A stretch of 64,000 nt of DNA, taken from the NCBI GenBank assembly GCA_021613535.1, contig CP075496.1, forward strand, positions 12,028,001 through 12,092,000. Direction: 5' to 3'. Each line of letters begins with the position of its first letter. Positions within the stretch are counted from its first letter, which is position 1. Shown piece after piece: positions 47,313 to 59,201 of the stretch. The notes under the pieces are model-generated. The model did no database searches, was not told the origin of the DNA, and saw nothing but the letters and a program-made list of their open reading frames with translations. A program made the position numbers and the translations under genes. This DNA comes from Adineta vaga (taxonomy: Eukaryota; Animalia; Rotifera).

Positions 47313-48261
47313 TCAAATACATATACTTATACAAAAAGTACATAGACTTCGTCAAGGCCATGAACTTATTCTATCCCACCTTTATCCTTTCTTTTTCTCC
47401 TCAGGTTTTTCTTTTCTCATTATAAATGGTGCTCTTGCTCACTCGTTTTTCTTTCGCTTTATCGATCTAGTATGGTGCTAGTTTAGTATACGTATGTAAG
47501 TGTTTGCTATTGACACGATAAAAAGGTATGTGTAACAATTAAAATTCAATAAAAGACAAACGAAGAGTAAAAGAGAGAAAGATGTAATGCCTTATTCTCA
47601 ATCGTTATCATTCATTGAACTAGTAATTGACCGTGATATTAAGTTTTCTTTTTTCTTTTTATTTCTTCTACACTTGATTATATAATCATAGATATCAAAC
47701 ATGATATGTAACACCAATAACTGTAAAAAAAATTAAAATGAACTTCCGCTTGAGAAGTTTACTTCTATACGTCAATTGGACGTTTTCACCTTGTTTCATT
47801 TAATATTCAATGAACGGAAATAAATGTGAATAAGACCTGTTACAATGAATATTTTATCAAAATCTACATATTTTATTTAAATCTATCTATGCAATTCATC
47901 TGATCAACTTTCTTTTCAACACATTTAAATCGATACAACAAGAAAAACTATATGAAAACATGATATCTTACGTGATATTATTTAACATCTACTGTTTAGA
48001 TGAATTCATTGAAGTCTTACAAATTATTTGTCAAATATAAATGATCATCATAAAATGACCTAACTTGAATGTTATGCTTATTTATTCACACTCAATTGGT
48101 GGAATAAGAGACATAGATATTCTTAAAATGATACACTTAACTGTATGTTTCTTGGCACTTTAGACGAATAAAGTTCAATCGCGAAAAAAAGAAGATATTT
48201 TATTTCATAAACTATTCATATAAAGCGATAAAAAAATTACAGATTAATTTGTTCTAATAAA

Positions 48262-48528
48262 CTATTTTGGTCGATTGACACTCTCTTGACTGACAGCACT
48301 TTCGTTTGTTGACGATTGTTGTTGTACAGTTTGAGAATTGGGTGCATCATTTGAAGCATTGCTTTCTGCAGATGTTTTTTGTGTTGCGACACTAGTAACG
48401 TCGCCTGGAGCAGCATATACATCTTTATTAACTTCTTCTTCTCTTTTATGATGAGCAGGTACATCTGAATGATCCTTAATTTGATTTTCATCGAGCTTAG
48501 GAGGCCATACTGCCGAATTCTCTGTCAT
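48262..48528 (-). CDS. Small hydrophilic, probably disordered orphan protein (88 aa)
   Basis: ATG at 48528; higher GC than flanks; rich in S/N/Q/E/A/V, with no Cys and one Trp. Confidence 0.55.
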   Translation of the reverse strand: MTENSAVWPPKLDENQIKDHSDVPAHHKREEEVNKDVYAAPGDVTSVATQKTSAESNASNDAPNSQTVQQQSSTNESAVSQESVNRPK

Positions 48529-48864
48529 TTTCAAGTAAAGTAATGTAGAAATAGGTGAAGGAAAGAAATTGGAAGTATGTGCGTATGATTGTTGTCAAGA
48601 CAAAAATGATTTTTTTTGTTAAGAGAATAAAAATAGTGTCTGATAAAGTTAACCGGCTTTTTTTTCTTTCGTTCTATAAGAATGTTAACTATAGAATAAA
48701 ACGTCGGTCTATTTGCAGTTATCGCTAGACTAGACCAGAAGAATTGAAAAACTATTTCTTTGACATTCGCATTTTTAGTAACAGAGATCAATTCTGTATC
48801 AACATAAAACAAAGTAAAATAGCTGATTTTACAACATACAAATGCATTATTTAATGTAAATATA

Positions 48865-50254
48865 TTATGAATATTGATTAATCCAACCTTGTCGAGGTAA
48901 ATTAAGTTGTCGTTGAAGTCGCATAGCATCACGTCGTTCACGTTCATTCATGTTTGTGAGTTTTGCGGACGATATTCTTGTTGCATTTTCACTATTTCTT
49001 GATTGAGTACCATATCGGTGTGTGGAAGATTGTTGCATCGTTTTAGCGGTTTGTGGACGTGTAATGACTATAAAATCAAATAACAATAAATCTTTAAAAC
49101 AATAGATAGAGATTATGTAAGAAACCTTGTTCTTCAGTTGGTGATGGAATAGATTCTAAGTCATCGGAAGATTCTGAATATTCTGAATGTCGCGATCCAT
49201 TCTATTTAGAAGAAAAAAAACAAAAATCTAATCCGTGGAACGGTTGTTTTCAATTAGAAACTCTACCGAAGTTATAAATCCTTTGTCATATACTGGTGCA
49301 TGATTAGTTGTTTGTTGAAAAAGTTCTTTTCCTGCGAAGACAAAATATGGTTTTGTACGACTTGATGGATTACCAAGATGACGAACAGCATTGTCAGGTG
49401 AAGCAAATCGATAGAGATGTTTTGTTGCACGGCGTGGTCGGCCATTTGCCGATGAGATTCGACTCGGAATACTTGGTGGATTACGTATTTCAGTCTAGAA
49501 TATATATGTAGTGAAAAAAAGTTTCTTATTCATTACTTGTTTAGAATGATCGTACTTGTCGATAGCGCATCATATTAACTAAGAGTTGTCGAGAATTTTG
49601 TTCTCGAACGGGATCAATATGATTTTGTTTAAGAAAAGGTTGTAAATATGAATTTCTATATCAGAAAGAAGATACTTGATTTTTCAATAAAGATAAATGG
49701 TTCTTCAATACCGAGCTGCAGCTAATGTATGCGCGGATTTATGTTGTGGTTGTTGCTGTCGTTGTTTGCGTTCATGTCGATCATCATGACTGAATGAACT
49801 TGCAACACTGGCTGTTTGCTATGGAGAAAAACAATCAAAAACTGGAACACTAGTCAAGAAATATATTTACTTTCGAAAGAATCTCTTCATTATCGGCAAT
49901 AGTTACTGTTTTCTTTGTTGATGAAGCTGAGATGATTTTCTTTTCACTGAAAGCATTTTGTTCAATTTCAGGATCAATACCTTCAAAGAATAAAATCACT
50001 TGGATACAAAACAGAACATTCAAATCAGAACTAACCAATCAATTCAGCTAAATGAACAATAGCTGCTTGATCACCACGCCAAGCACTAAAACATATCTGA
50101 GAATAATTGATATTACCGTTGAAAAATTTATCTACTTTTTTGTTAAATCAAGAAGACATTTAAGTTGTTGTTGTAAACTATGAATTTCTTCTTTTGCTAG
50201 ATTCAATTGATCTTGTAAATCTTCTTTTGGTTCCTTTACTTCATGCATATTCAT
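48865..50254 (-). CDS. Uncharacterised multi-exon protein: short N-terminal coiled coil, then S/R/T-rich low-complexity sequence
   Basis: MNMHEVKEPKEDLQDQLNLAKEEIHSLQQQLKCLLDLTK|NAWRGDQAAIVHLAELI|GIDPEIEQ...; last exon ...ERERRDAMRLQRQLNLPRQGWINQYS*; regular short GT-AG introns. Confidence 0.7.
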
Positions 50255-51446
50255 ATATTGAAGCCAATTTCTAACAAGTTATAATGACAATAATTACCAT
50301 ACAAACATGTACAAGATACTCAGACGTAAAGACAATTTACACAGAACACTTGTTGTCAATAAAAGAGAAAAAAAAAGAAATAACTACGTTTTTTTAAAGT
50401 TTTTTTTTATATAGGAGTATGTATGTGTACACGTCACTATGTTGCCAACGGTGGTAGCAGTGATGGTGTTTCGTAGTATTCTCTCGTCGCTCTTCCTTTT
50501 ATTATTATGATTGTTGTTTATTTTTTAAAGGCAATACTATTCGTATCGACCGCATTACAAATCACTTTTGTTTGCTCATTATTTTTTGATTTTTATTCAA
50601 AAGAATTTGTGTGAAAAAAGAAACTTGCTCTCCTTTTTTTAAATAACAAAAAATCAAGTGATAAGATTTTCTTCTAATAATCCAAAGTATAAAACCATTG
50701 AAGTTCATTTTCTTCTTAAAGTTATACTGTACATCAAAACGAATCATTCAATATTGACAAAAGCCAATAATGATTAATAAATCTCTCAATCAATAACGAC
50801 CATACTCGAAACTTGATTAACTACTTGCAAGTTTTTTTTCCTTTTTAAACAAAACATCATCATATTTATAAAATGAATGAATGCCAAAAATAACCTAGCA
50901 AAAAAAATTTCATACATCGATTATAATCAAAAAACGGCTATTGCTTTTCATGTTATAGTCTTGTACAGTTTATAATTGAAGAACAAACTTAACCGATTTA
51001 TACATAGTTTTCTTCTGGCGACACTTCTTATTTAAAAAAAATGTTACATTATCGAACACCTTTACAAAAATATTCTCTTATTCCTTTCAATTTCATCATC
51101 ATCACCTTCATCATCATCGGAATACGAGTCTCGTTGTCAAAGATCGACATGCAAACATGGTAACTGAAACGAGCATCGACGCGAATTGGTTGATTGCTAG
51201 TGGCAATCATGCTGATGAAAAAGCAGACAGAAGAAAGGAAAGAAAAGAAATTGACACTGCTTCTTTGTTATTTTTCATTTTTCTCTACTTTTCCAGTATA
51301 TATTATTGTTCTCTAGACACACTTTTTAATCATCTGATTTTATTTTTTGAACAATAGATAATGCCTATGATGACTTTATTCTTATCCTATTATTACATAC
51401 ACAACCAATATATTTGATTTTTCCGATATTTTCTTCTTAGATATTG

Positions 51447-54400
51447 ATGTCTCATTCGCCAACCGATGTCGATTCGACACCAGCTGAAAATATCGTGGAT
51501 AAATCGATCAATTTCCCTGATATTAATCAAGGTAAGTCTTTCATGCGTTTCTTATTCTTTACAATTCTGCTGTAACTAAGCAAACTATTTCGATTTGAAA
51601 ATGAAGAATAGAGATTGAAAGACACGTCCGAGATAATTGAGCAATTTCTCAAGAAAAATTGACTTTTTACTTACTCTATTCGAATTGAATTATTGTTAAA
51701 AAATGAAACATTTTCTTCTTTCTTTAATAAGTTTTGTAAGCACAACCTTTTTTGTCTTCTTTCATATATATGTATATATATATTATATTTGATCTTGACA
51801 AAATAGTAACATTACTTTTGATATTAGAAGAAACCTTTGAATATTCATGATCATTTTGATTCTTCTTCTCGAAAGAAAAACACAAGAATAAAGAAAAAAG
51901 TTCCGACATTTTCGTTTGTCTGTAATCACTTTAATAGTGAAGTATTTGATGAAGTGTATGGAAAGAAAACATTTCTTTTCCTTCGATAAAATTGCAGATT
52001 TTTCTCTAAAACGAATCAAATGCAATAAACTTTATTAAAAATCTTGAAATAATTTACAATATTATAAAATACAGACGATAATAGAATATGCAAAGACTTT
52101 TTTCTTTCGTCTTATTGTTAATCTTCAAGTCGAATATGATAGACAACTGGCTCTTGAACTGGTGGTGGCGGTTGTGGACTTACCGCAAAGCTTCGAGATG
52201 ATAACGAATCATATTTACCTGGTGGTAACTTTTTGTAGACTCTTCTGATAACAGTTGCTTGAGGTTGAGGTTGAGGTTGAACTAGAGCTCTTCGTTCCAA
52301 AGGTTCGAGTCTCTGCTGTCTTCTATTTCCTTCAATTTGATAAACACGGGGAACCTGAACAGAAGATTGTAATGAATTATGACGATTTAAGTTAGGTACG
52401 ACTTTGACATATTGTGGTCCTAGGTTGTTTGGTACACCTGGTTGATAATAAACCGCTTCACGTCCTATTCGTGGTTGTTGTTGGAGAACTGGAACACCAG
52501 AATTTATTTTTCGTCGTGGTCCTGTATACACAATTTGACTAGTCGGTGGAGGTGGTGTTTGAGCATATTGATGTACAACACGTACCGGTCTTCCTGGCAT
52601 CGGCGAACTATATTGGGGAAATACTTGACTATCATAAACGAACGATGAACGAGGTGATGGTTGATAATAAACGTCTCTATTTGGTGTTGATCCATGTCGC
52701 ATTATTCGTCTTTGAACAACAGGTGCATCATTGTTATTTTCGTAGACCACCCGACGAGGTTGCATAGGTGGTGGTGGTGGTGGTACTTGAGCATTGGCAG
52801 ATTTTCGAATATAAGATCCTAAAGCTGAACCAGTATTAGAATATGGATTTGGATTCTTGAAAAAAAATTCAAAAAGTATTGAAAAGACATTAGAAAGAAA
52901 CTTAATTTACTTGTTGATCTAATCGTTTTCCTTGTCGAAAGTCTTGAATAGCATTTTGATCACATATCTCACATAGACCAGTCTCGGGATCAATCGGATG
53001 TTTACCATAATGACCCATTTGTCTTCCTTAGTTTCTCTTCGCAGAGAATATTATGTATGTATCTCTTTAATCTGATCGGTTTGTTTTTTTTCCTCTCAAT
53101 AATAGAATACTACAGTAGTCATACGCTTCGATGTGTCGTATTAATATTTTCGTCGGCTATTTCGTTGTCTTGAGAATGCTTCAACAGCTTAACAGTTTAC
53201 TCACTTGATTAAATGCATCGATTAAGAAGCAAAATAAACGCCATCATAGTTCATTTTTTTTGTATGTTTTTTTTTGCAATTTCTTTTATAAAGTTTATGT
53301 AACCATGTTTATTCTTTTCTATTCTTCCCGTCCGCCTTTTCTTTTCACTATTCGAAAAAGTATGACATATGAAACGTACTTTCAAACTAAATCTCCCAAC
53401 GTTTCTTCTGCACATCTATGAAAAAAAAGAATAACAAAATATCTACTGACAAGACTTTTATTTACATTTAGCCAATCAATCAGATGAGGGCAAGACCACC
53501 GAAAGATCATCTCCATTGCCATCGCAACAACAGCATGATATTGGTTTGCTTTTGAATATAATAGAAAGAAAATATCTTGTTTGTTATGTTTTATGAAAAG
53601 CAGGTCTTCAATCGAATGTGATAATTGATAAAGAAAATCAAGTTTTTGCTCTTACAGCAACAACAGATAATGTGTCAGTGGTATCTAAAAAACAAGAAAC
53701 TCAAACTACTACACGATCACGTCAGAAAAAGATTCCAAAAAATTCAGCTTCGTATGAGAATAATAGATGATCGTGATTGAATATCAGTACTAAATTCTAT
53801 TTATTACTTCAGAATTAGTGTACAGACAGAATGGACATGGAAAGATATGGAAATGCTTGAAAAATATCGAGGTATATTGTATTTGTTTTTGTCTACGAAC
53901 ATAAATGTTTACTTTTGATCATTTGATAATTAGTTAAAGAACCTGAACCTGAAGAATCAGATAGTGATACTGAATCGATAGAACCAGTTTCAAAAGTTGA
54001 GGAAGTAAATAAAAATGATCAATTTATGAAATTGTAGAAAAGATCTATTTATTTTTTTAAGACACCTGAACAAGTTGAATCTACATCCACATCATTACCT
54101 GAATTGCCAATTGTAACATCTGTTGGTCCACCACCGATTTTACAGGTTATTTCTATTCTATTTAGCATATTTAAGTGAACGAATTTGTTTCTATTAGTAT
54201 AATCCCGAATCGAAACAAAAATTTGATGATTATCCGCGAACAGATGAGGAAATTAATGAAGAAGAACTACGTGATTTAGGTGTACATGTTCATGGACATG
54301 TTCCATGCGAATTTTGCGGAAAAGAATTACTTGAATGGCCAACAATTGTAGATCAGGAAAAGTTTCCACCGAGTGAAGTATGACTATATACTCCAAATGT

Positions 54401-56836
54401 TATTAAATTCGATGATTTTCTTTGGATTTTTAGTTATTTTGTTGCACTGATTATCGTGAATTTGTTGAAGCTGTACTTGAAATGCAGAAAGAAGAAAATC
54501 TTAAACTTGATTCCAAATTGATTGATATTCAACCACATGCAAAAGTTCGTAGTCGACGTGCTCGACAATTAGCTGAAGAACGAGCGATGGCAAGGTATGA
54601 TTAGACAAAAAGATAAGCATTTTGAAAATTATTCATACATTATCTAGACTTTCGGAACGGCAGGCAGCCGAACAAAAACGACTCGAAGAACAAATACAAG
54701 AATTTGCTAATAGTGCACATCCAAAAGCGACTGGTATGTATATACGTATAAATCAATCATTCACATGTTTTCTTTTTATTTACGTGATCAGTAAGAATGT
54801 CGTTGAAATCAATTGTAAACACTGATTGTAGATTATCACACTTGAATGTGATCAAAAAATGTACAAAAACAAAAATGACATCACTAGATATATTTAAATT
54901 TGATTAGAATAGTTTTCCTGTTTTTCCAATAGTTGTTTCATGATCCCTTTTTACACATTTCATTATATGTATTTACACTTGTGTAGGACGTCAAACACGA
55001 AGACATCATGGAATGACAGCTAGAAGCACTCAGAATAATGCAGGAAATGCCAGTGCAGCTGAATGTATTTAAAAAAATATATCTATTAATATTGAGTTGT
55101 TTCTAATGTTTGTGTTTGTAAAACTTATAATTGATCTTTCTTTTCGAAATCCATGTTTTATAAAACATAATCTGAAAGAAAAGATCTCAATTTTTTTGTT
55201 TTGTAATATGTATACAGGAAATTCTCAACAAACAAATTCATATCGTGGTGTATCATCAATGCATACTAGCTCACAACTACCGAGTGCCAAATCGGACTCG
55301 GGTAGTAAGTGTGCGTAATTGTCATACTAATCGCTTCTTAATAAATCTCTTATGTATCTATATATGACGTGATGTACTTCTTCTTCTTCTTCTTCTTCTT
55401 TTGAAATTTAATTGAATCATTGTTTTTATAATTCTTAACAATTAAAATGTTCATTTGGTTCTATTTAGTGGCAGCAAGAATGAAGACTTTTACATATCAA
55501 TTATCAAATTTAAAATATGTTGAAGAAGGCTGGACATTAAAAGGACCAGTTGATTTCGAAATTAGTTCTGATGAAGAATCTGATATGGAAGAACATATTT
55601 TAATACCAAGAGATCTTTCAATAACTGCAATTAAAGTAATTAACATAATGATGAAGATATTTATTATTCGAAATTATTTGATTATTTCAATAGAAAAGTG
55701 AACGACCATTAGTTCAACGTTTTTATAAAGATGGAACGACAGCCGCTATTCTCTTTTCGACTGGTACAGGTTCTATTTAGTAAGTCGCATTTTTACACAT
55801 ATTCAAAAAAGTATTTGTGCTCATTTCTCGTTTTTTTTCCTCATAGCTATCCATCCGGTAATTTAGCAATTAGTATATCTGAAGTTGCTCGAGCTATGCT
55901 GCTTTATACGGCATTTACTGATGAACCACCATACACATCAAGACAAATTGCACAATTCGATCCGTTTGGAAATGGTTACTGTAATTTTACAAATGGCAAG
56001 TTAAGGTAGGTGGTGTAATTTCTTCTCAATTAAGAATAATGGTCTGGTTTTTTTCCTTAGACAATGATAAGAAAAAATGTTTATTTAGGCATTTTCTATC
56101 CTATTGTTTATGAATGCTTATCAAAACGTTTCTCTTTCTTTAGATTACAACTGACGGCACTTGAAGGAATCGAATTAAATTTTGATGGTAGTCGACGACG
56201 TCGTTGGCATTGGTGGGCAAAAGTAAATACAACTTCGGAACCACATGTTCATGCACCACCATGTCAACCGATACTCTTTCGTATCAATGAGGAAATTGCC
56301 ATTAAAGTATGTTCACAAGAAAAAATTTATATGAGATTTTCCAGTGAACTTGTTGACCTTAAATTTAAAGTTGGTGCAAGATTGAAAGTAAGAATATTCC
56401 TTGTATTTTATATAGTTGTGATAAACTTCTTTTTCTATAGGTAAATAATATCAACAATTTACCATCAACACAAAAAAGTGATCCATATGATAGTTATTTG
56501 AAAAAGAAAAATACAGTTTTAACGTAAGTCGATCAGATTTGTCTGATATATTTGTTGAAATTGTCTCGAATATCGTATAGACGTTTGTTGAAAAATATTA
56601 ACATAGAAGCACAACAATATATTAAAACTCAAGAACCTATTCGATCATCACAAGAACCTACACGAACTAGTCAAGAACAATCAGTACGAACTGTTCAAAA
56701 AACAACTGTTGTTAGTCTTTCACAACAGAATCGAAGTAAAACTCCTATGAAAGAAAGTTTATTTCCACCGATTCGACAAAACGAAGAGAAAGTTCAAAAC
56801 AATCGCAAAATTTATCGAAGCGTCATTGTCACATAG
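51447..56836 (+). CDS. ERICH6: Glutamate-rich protein 6 / FAM194 family
   Basis: PCEFCG...LFCC...LIDIQPHA, TFTYQLSN, and FAM194-type RFYKDG...GTG..YPSGNLAI...FDPFGNGYC. First coding exon 51447-51531 splices in phase 1 to 53472. Confidence 0.8.
52118..53018 (-). CDS. Pro/Val/Tyr/Arg/Gln-rich orphan protein (281 aa, 2 exons) nested antisense in ERICH6 intron 1
   Basis: MGHYGKHPIDPETGLCEICDQ...LDQQ (53018-52911) splices in phase 0 to NPNPYS...VPPPPPPMQPRRVVY... (52855-52118). Confidence 0.8.
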
Positions 56837-57073
56837 ATCGTCCAGTTTCGTTTTTACCTTTTTCAAATGACGGACTGATAAAATAAGATTCATTTGTGTG
56901 TCTTTGTCTTTATCTTGTTTTATCCTCTCTTTCTCTCTCTCTCTTTCTTTCGTCTTTTTTTCTTTTTCTCTCACTTCTTTTAAAATAAACTAAAGATATT
57001 TAATCTCATACACATTTCATTTTTACCTAACATTTTGCTATTCACTTATATTCATATCACATCGAACGAATCA

Positions 57074-57494
57074 ATGCGTTTACTTTGGATTTATACTCTT
57101 GCCTTGACAATCGTCCTTGCTCTCGTTTTTCGTAGGATTTCTTCAATTCATCATTTAACTAACATATGTATCTATCGATTATTTTTCTATAGAAAGTGCC
57201 AATGGAGATGCAATGCATAAGAAAGGTCAGGAAAACAGAGGTATAATCCATGGAAAGAATGATCAACCACGTCGGAAACATCCAGATATTGGTCGAAATG
57301 ATCGTCATTCATCTACCGGTGATCGATCATCTTCACATTCTCGTAATCGTGGTCATAGTTCATCATCTGATCGTCTTAACGATCGTTCATCTCATCATGA
57401 TCGAAAGAATAAAGATAAAAAACAACACAAAAATAAACACAATAAACATCGTGATGAAAAAAAACATCGTGGTGGTAAAATGCCTCATCATTAA
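57074..57494 (+). CDS. Secreted His/Arg/Lys/Ser-rich cationic protein (119 aa, 2 exons)
   Basis: Signal peptide MRLLWIYTLALTIVLALVF, phase-1 intron 57132-57192, then QSANGDAMHKKG...HRGGKMPHH*. Confidence 0.8.
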
Positions 57495-57600
57495 CTTTAT
57501 TCAATCATGTTTTTCCCCTCTATTAGACTTTCGTAGTTCATACACAAAGAAAAAACGAAAAGAAAAACATTTCATTTGTTGTATTTTTTTTTCAATCCTT

Positions 57601-58740
57601 CTAATTTGAAATACAATCACCAAAACTATCTTCATAATATCCATTTAAACATTTACAACGTGAAAATGTATGATTAACACGTTGACATGCCGAATGTTTC
57701 GATGCACACTGAAAATAACCTCTATTACAACATATTGGTGCATTATGAACCATCAATGGTTCTTCACCTAATCGAATATCTCCACAATAAGCAATAATAT
57801 CCAATTTATAGAATTGTCTAAACGAAAGATAAAGGAGAAAATGTTTCAAAAACAAAACAAAAAGAGTGACTTACGATGTTTTTGTAATCAAGTGAAAATT
57901 TTTATTTGTAAATTGTTCTGCTGTTCGATTAGCCCAACCATAAAGCATAAGAGTTTTAACAATTGTTTTAAACCAATCAGTTTTACATGATTGACATGTT
58001 ATATTCTCAGAATATAAACTAACATCAGTCAATTGATAACCATTCAAATGAAATAATTCTCGAGGAAAAATATCAAGTGTTCGACTACCAAAATGAATGA
58101 TTTGTATATGTGCTAAATTATTTAAATCTTCAATATAATTTAATGGAAAAAAATTTAAACTTGTAAATATATGAAAATAACGTAGATTAATTAGATCTTC
58201 AATAGCTGGATAGGCAATTAATGAATGCATATCATCGAGAATTAATTCAGTGAGATTTGATAAACCTTCTAATGATGTTGGTAAACGTTCGATATTAACA
58301 TTGACAAGACGAATTGTTTGTAATTGAAAAGCATCAAGAAAAATATCATCAGGTAAAATTGGTGAAGAAAATTGTGTTTGACTTATTGAAAGTACACGTA
58401 ATGTACGACAAGAAAAAGCTCGTGATTTTATCGAACGAATATGTGATGATTCAATTAATAAACCTAATAAATATTGTTGTTGTTGTGGACCACATATTTC
58501 TCGTTGAATATGAAGATTTAAACTTGAAGTAATTTTTAATGGTAATTTCTTTTCAGCTATATCTTTTGTTTGTAAAAGATCATTAGAAAGTGATGCTAAA
58601 TTTGTACAATGATATGTTAATGAATAACCATAACTTTGTTTATATCGATCATATTCAATACTACAATTTTCTATTGATTGAGTATGTACAATAAATTGAG
58701 AAAAAACAACAAGAAGAAGAAAAAACCATTGGACGAACAT
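57601..58740 (-). CDS. Secreted leucine-rich-repeat protein with a C-terminal EGF/EB-like Cys module (2 exons)
   Basis: Signal MFVQWFFLLLVVFSQF; LRRs (LRVLSI, LQTIRL, LEGLSNLTELIL); LRRCT-like ENITCQSC; C-terminal C..KHSAC...CKCLNGYY...GDC. Confidence 0.8.
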
Positions 58741-59201
58741 TTTATAAAGATAGTAATGAATGTATGTAATAGTTCGATATTTCTTTTTCAATACGATGAA
58801 AGATCACAGAGAAATGTATTTCGTTTCGGTCATTGATTAAAAGAATGATAGTTAAAATGTTATGTCTTTAAAGTTCATTGATATTTCTCTATTCAGAACA
58901 ATGCTTTAGTTTGTGTTACTATAAATAAAAGTTTATTGATAAATTTTGATAGTCATAATTGAAATGATTAGAGATTATTTTACATACAAAATGAAGTTGA
59001 ATACTGCGATAAAATAACATCGATACTCTCTAAGGACAAAGAGAATTGACATAGATATTGTAGAGAAAAATAAATTTTTGATTAATCAATGGAATGTATA
59101 TAAATATTTATTAATAGAATGAATAAAAACAAATCAGAATCAAGTATATAAAAAAAAAGAAAAGTTAAGCAGTGAAATATACATCACACTATCAAGAAAT
59201 G

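Noticed and set aside
51205-51245. CTGATGA...GAAA hammerhead-like core
   Set aside because: The flanking stems needed for a hammerhead fold are not present.
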